The position numbers were made by a program, and so were the translations under genes. A stretch of DNA of 64,000 nucleotides from Amoebidium appalachense. Lineage: Eukaryota; Protista; Ichthyosporea. This document shows, piece after piece, positions 52,130 through 64,000 of this stretch (position 1 is the first letter of the stretch; every line of letters starts with the position of its first letter). The notes beneath the pieces are model-generated. The model was not told the DNA's origin. It did no database searches and worked only from the letters and a program-made list of their open reading frames with translations. The stretch is taken from assembly GCA_963693365.1 (NCBI GenBank), contig CAVNZM010000008.1, forward strand, positions 1,116,001-1,180,000, read 5' to 3'.

Positions 52130-52631
52130 AGTGACTTGACTTTATGGATGATTTGCCAAAGCAACATGCATGTCACCAAAGCCTTCTTTATTGAAGCCAA
52201 TTAACACAAGTGTCTTTTTTTCCCTCTGGGCGAGGCCACACACACAGGCCTGCATGTACATGTGCACAAGTGATTCATTTCCCGGGATGACAATCCTGTG
52301 TAGGCTTTCAAACAACAAATGATATCAGATGGCCATGAAGCTAAGGTTTTTAACTTTTACACTTTTAAATTGAATTTGAACCCCCTTAGCTTCCCTCTCT
52401 TATGGGGAGTGATATAAGGGGATCCGGAGAAAATATGTATACGTAATACGAAAAAAGAAGGAAAGAAAAAACGTTCGAAGAAGAAGCTGTGCACGTGGAA
52501 CACCTAGAAAAGTGGTAGTTATATCATAACAGTGTGTGACTGTGTGTGTGTTCACGTGTGTCTGGTCTGTGTGTCAGCGTTTGAGTGTGTTTGTATCACG
52601 GGGTGTGTGTTGGCCACTGTTGGGGCCCGGT

Positions 52632-52675
<44 letters not shown>

Positions 52676-52901
52676 CGCTGGCTAAGTTTATTAGTTCTTC
52701 CCATACCACTTGACTCATGATTTTGCATTCGCAATAAATCCCAGAGTCATGTACGAGTCAATTAGACATGTACCACTTTGAAACGGACCAGACTAAGACC
52801 TTTATTATCGAGTATTATGGTCCAATCACCCAACCTTGCACGGCACACACAATCATGCACATGGTCATATGGGATATCTAAATTTGAAAATGGCCATTTG
52901 G

Positions 52902-52965
<64 letters not shown>

Positions 52966-53121
52966 GGGGAGTAATAAGTATCGACATCTCCCCGGGTGGT
53001 ACCCCCCCCCCCCCCCCCCCCCCCCTCCCTCCCCGCCCGCCCGCCCGCCCGCATGTGTTCGTGATCATGGCCAGAATCTCCCTTCCACCTTCTACCGGCC
53101 CACCAAAACTTGTACCATTAT

Positions 53122-53160
<39 letters not shown>

Positions 53161-53506
53161 TTTTTTTTAATTTTTTTTTTTTTTCCTAAATACAAACCTA
53201 ATTTATTCTAAAATTCTAAAGGGAACTGCTTCCGTTTTTTGCCACTGATGCATCCCCCCCCCCCTCCCCCCCCCCCCCCCCCCTCCCCCTCTCCCCCCAA
53301 CACACACACACACACACACACAGACACCACACACGCCCGTGCGCGCGCGCGCACGCACGCACACAGGCACACACTTCCCATCTCTCGTGCTGGTGCTCTT
53401 CTTCTGCCGAATGCATACTCTTTGTGTGTTTTTGGCAAGCTTTAAGTCTGCTTCTGTGTTGTCCGCAGCAAATGTGTACTATATATGCTCTATAACATTT
53501 TCTAAC

Positions 53507-53539
<33 letters not shown>

Positions 53540-53589
53540 CGCCTCCCCTTCCCTTTTTCCTACACAAGTAAATGCACGTGCACGCGCGC

Positions 53590-53763
<174 letters not shown>

Positions 53764-54290
53764 AACGGTCAACTATTTCCAAATTCAATATTGATTATTG
53801 AGGGCAAGGTTATCGTGCTCACCGTGCAGTGTTCGTGTGCGAATCTGTTTGGGGGAGAATGTTTGTGTGTATGGTGTGGATGAGTGTATCTGCATGGTCA
53901 TGCATATTTTGAGCGCTCATTGCTGGTCAAAGTTTGTGCACCTCACAAGAGTTTGTGCGCGTGTGGTACGTGTGAACTAAATACTTGTCAAAGTGTGTGC
54001 GTGTGTGTGCGCGTGGTGGGGCGTGTGGAGGTGAGTGCCGGGGGGGGGGGGTGGGGGGGAGATCCACACTGTCCAAAGATTACACCCCCCCCCCCCCCCC
54101 CCCCCCAGTTACTACTACCCCCCTCCCCGTTGCAAATACAAGATCAGATCGTGAGGCATGTGTGTGCTCACTCTCAATGTGTACATTTTGTACTCAACCT
54201 GTGTTGTGTGCTGGCATACGCCTAACCCGGTTTTTTTCGACCGTGTTTATATGTGCAGGTCCCGGGTGCGTGTGTGCGTGTGTGTATGTG

Positions 54291-54454
<164 letters not shown>

Positions 54455-54739
54455 GTATGTGTATTTGTGTCTGAGGCCGCACACACTTTTGGCCACATGT
54501 TTGTACCAATTTGAAACTGCGTGTATCCTAAATTCCCGTCGCAGTGGTTTGTACCAGTGTGCTGCAGTTTATGGTGGTTGTAAGAAAAATGGAGAGGAAA
54601 ATGAGTGATGCGCGAAGATTTTGAGCTACACAAACGGTGTGTGAGTTGTGGTAGAGGAGCCAGGCCTATAATTGGCAGCTCGAGGTGGTGGTGCTGCATG
54701 TACATGTGCAAATGGTGGCGTTGGTGTTCATGAGGGTGT

Positions 54740-54785
<46 letters not shown>

Positions 54786-55854
54786 GTGGGATAGCATGCT
54801 GATCGTGAAATGATCAACAAGCACACCGCAACGGCCACATGCACTCTCTCTCTCTCTCTTTAGTTTCCCTCTCGTCCTCGCTCTGTGCGCATGCACGCAT
54901 GCCTGTGTGCAGGTGCGTGTGCGTGTGCACGGGGCACGGTGTGTGAGAAACAGCACCTCTCTGTTTTTTGGCACGCCCCACCAGAGCCTTTGGGGCCCTC
55001 CTCCGTCCTGAACTTCAATGTATGTTCGTCGTAGAAAGCACAGCCTATGCCGAAACTTTGAAGGGACGGCGTGTGCCATGGAAATCGTGCGCTGAATATG
55101 TCGTCAAACCGGGGTTTGAAATTATAGATTTTGGCTTGTGTGTTACTGCAGCTATTGGTAGCCCGCGTGACTATAAGTGGCTCCAAGGACACAAGACAAG
55201 TTGAGTTTGATTACCAATTGGCTATAGTTAGCTATAGCTGATAGACCTAAACTCAAGATAACCACTGTTGTATTTCTGGCGTTCATAATAGTACATAATG
55301 TTCCTAGCCCTGGCCAAAGGCTATTGCAGGAATGTAGCCCACTGGAATGCATAGCGTGCGCTGATTGGCTGTCTGCAATAAAAAAGTGTTGGGCTGCCAG
55401 CAGGACAGAGTCCGCGCGCGCCGAAATTTATTGTACAAGGCGGACTGAGGGCAAGGCCTCCTACTCAGACGAGGGTGTTGAGCGTATGTACAGCTAAAAA
55501 AAGACCAAGGCCTTGTTTGTTGTTTGTCTATGATGTAGGACAGGGCTGTGATGTAGGAGGGTTAAATGCTCGTTTATTATCGTTTCATACACATCAGCTG
55601 TGCCACCCATACTGGGCACAGATAGCTATAGAGGTCACATGCATAGGGGTTGGTCAGTCAATCGCAGAATTTTCATACAGGCAGCTCTATGTGTCGAGAC
55701 AAGTATAGGGTGTGCTGTAGACAAATGTTCTTACATGGGCCTCGTTTAATGCAAACTTCAAGACAAAGCACTTTTGGAAACTTCCTGTCATAGCTCATAA
55801 GCACACAACACAACAAACAGTACTTTACTACAGGACCACCCATCAACCAACTGG

Positions 55855-61270
<5,416 letters not shown>

Positions 61271-61479
61271 AATTATGCATGAATATATGTGTGTGTGGGG
61301 GTGTTTTGTAGGAGATGGTTGAATAGTGAGTACATGAAGATATTGTTGTCTTTTTACATGTGTATGTAGGGTTTACCCATATGCTACGTACTGTTGCCAC
61401 AGATAGTTGTGAATGTCTGGCTATAGGGTAAAGGTCCTGCCCAACTTTCGTGATCGAAATTGGGTAACACGGTTAACGT

Positions 61480-61515
<36 letters not shown>

Positions 61516-62479
61516 TGCACCTTGTGACTAAGAAAGACTGGCACAGGATATTGTGTACGTGTGATTGGGTACAGTGCCCGGACAGGCAGGCAAAGCCGTG
61601 CACGGGGGAAAGGGGGGGGGGGGGGGGGGGGGGAGTTGGGGGGGGGGGGAGTTGGGGTAATATTAGTGGTAGTAGTAATGAACTTGAAGGTTATCGTAGC
61701 TGCTGCAAAAAAATTAAACTTTGAAATTCTATTAACAGAAGTTAGCAGGTTTACCCTTGCGAAAATAGTTACTATAAGCGAATTGCTTCAAGTTGTAGAT
61801 TAGTATGTCGAGATTGAGAGACGTAATGCATATTGGCACTTATGCCACCTGAGATCTAGATTCCTGGTGTGATGTCCATGTTTTTAATAAGCTTGCTTGT
61901 GCGAATACGCCGTGAATAAATGTTTTGATAGGTTAAGAATACAAAATTGCAATGAGTACGGTCTGACAGTGGGCCATGGGATCATAAGCACAACCGCGCG
62001 CGACCACACATATTCATATTATGGCCACTCACTGAGTGACCCCACCAGTTGCCCCACCCTCTCCACACACACACACACATGTGTGACACATCATGTGATA
62101 CTGTAACACACACGCACACGCACACACCGCGACACACACACACACACTACCTTGGCTAGCTAGTGCTCCTTAGCCCCCGTGCATGTGCAATTGGTATATT
62201 TTGTGCACGTGCCGCCATGATCTCGGCCACACACAAGATGTGTATAACTTAAGACAGTAACACAACGTGTGGACCCACCGGGGCCTTCACATCCTTATTA
62301 ATTGCGCGTCACACGCGCATGAGGCGCATGCAAGCACTTGGCAAGTTTGGCTATAGGTGGAGTGAGAACATTAACGGGGCCTGGAGGAATAGAGAAGGGA
62401 GCCGAGTCCATCGATCTGCAGCTAGCTGTGGCCGTACTACTAATACTGTACGCGTGGGCGCCCGCGGCCGGGGGGGCCT

Positions 62480-62533
<54 letters not shown>

Positions 62534-62591
62534 AAGGGGAGGGGGGGGGGGGGAGGGGGGCAGCACACATCCAACCATATGTAGAGCACAC

Positions 62592-62649
<58 letters not shown>

Positions 62650-63625
62650 CCCCACAGGCCTGCATCACAAACTTCAACTTGTAAAAGCAAGGCCGGAGAT
62701 CCGCTCGTTGTTGAAGTAGAAGGGGGGTGAGGCTAAGCCGTGAGGGTTGGGCAAAGTGGGGGCCGGCCCGTGGTGTTGTGTGTGTGAATCGGATCACAAC
62801 AAGGGAAGCATGGGGAAGGACATATGAGGGGGGGTGAAGGGGGGCATGTGTGAAAGATGGGGGGAGGGGGGGGAGGGGGGGGGGGGAAGGGGGGAGGCAG
62901 GTACGATTATATGGTGACTGCTGGGGATGAATGGACGTTTATTGACAACGCACCACACAGCCAATAGGCCAACACCACAGGTGTCTGAAGTGCAGTTTTT
63001 TTTATTTTTAATGTCCGTTAGCGTTTATAACAGTGTCGCATACCAAGAGGCAATCCCCTTTATATATCAGCCGCAGTACATGCAGGCAGCCAAAGAGAAA
63101 CAAATTTGGCGGCAAGACAGACACACACGAACTAGTACTAGCATGTAGAGCCGTAGGTGGGACGCGGGAGTCGTGGGGAAGGGGGAGGGGAGGGGAGGGC
63201 CTCCAGAATGCGCATGTGCACAAGAGTGAACTCGTGTGTGAGCGCGCAACGGGTGGTGGTGAAGCGGCAGGAGAGAAGAGGGGAGGGGGACTGATATGCA
63301 ACGGAGGATGACTGTACATGTGTCTGAATGCAAGGCACGCGCGGGCGCACAATGTGCGTGTAACCGGTTTGTGTTGGTGTGTGTCTGTGTGTGTCTGTGT
63401 CTGTGTCTATGTGTGTGTGTGTGTGTGTGTGTGTGCGTGCGCGCGGGTCTACGTGTGTGTGTTGGTGTTGTTTACAGTCTGTATGTGCTTCTGGCTTACT
63501 TCGCTAATCCCCCCCCTCCCCCCCCCCCCTCCCCTCTGGGGAGAGAAAGAGGGCGCGGGTGGGGGTAGAGAGAGAGAGGAGGGAGGGGTTTGGGGGGGGG
63601 AGGGAAAGAGAGAGGGGGAGAGAGA

Positions 63626-63672
<47 letters not shown>

Positions 63673-63673
63673 G

Positions 63674-63717
<44 letters not shown>

Positions 63718-64000
63718 GTGTGTGCGTGTGTGTGTGCGTGTGTGGAGATAGAGGATGGAAGGAAGGCACGATCGAGCTCGAAATTTGGTGGGAGAGAAGT
63801 GTGTGTGTGTGTGTGTTTGTGTGTGTGCTGAAGGGGGTTAGTAGAGTGAGGGTTGGGTACTGCATGAGGGGGGAAGGGAAAAAGGCTCGGGTCACAAGTT
63901 GTATATTCACACAGTTCGTGTTGATCAAAAAGCTATGGGGGGATGAGATCTTTCTTAAATGCGAGTTCAAATGCGGAATGCCATAGTATGTGTCAGTTCA

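Noticed and set aside
62298-64000. Possible 3' exons of a minus-strand gene at the window end
   Set aside because: There is an acceptor-like CAG near 62478 and some unique sequence, but no recognisable domain or consistent exon chain.

Overview
Eukaryotic genomic DNA with GT-AG introns packed with poly-C/poly-G tracts and (CA)n/(GA)n microsatellites; most ORFs in the supplied track are translations of these repeats. The gene content and style would fit a unicellular holozoan such as an ichthyosporean, but that is inference only. Main contents: (1) the 3' part of a chitin synthase gene whose last exons add an LHFPL/claudin-like tetraspan domain; (2) a TA-flanked TIR element carrying a 99-bp triple repeat; (3) an intronless secreted Cys-rich protein gene; (4) a complete 745-bp TRIM with a tRNA-Arg PBS; (5) a tandem pair of paralogous multi-exon genes, where the upstream copy is truncated and has an exon split by a young Copia that itself contains a young chromodomain Gypsy, and the downstream copy encodes about 25 C-x-H...C-x2-C repeats and hosts two intronic arrays of a strongly self-complementary 452/453-bp unit; (6) a five-exon 7TM-RGS fusion gene. 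The best candidates for something undescribed are the amplified intronic structured-RNA unit, the CHS-tetraspan fusion, the 7TM-RGS fusion and splice acceptors with (CA)n in place of a pyrimidine tract.
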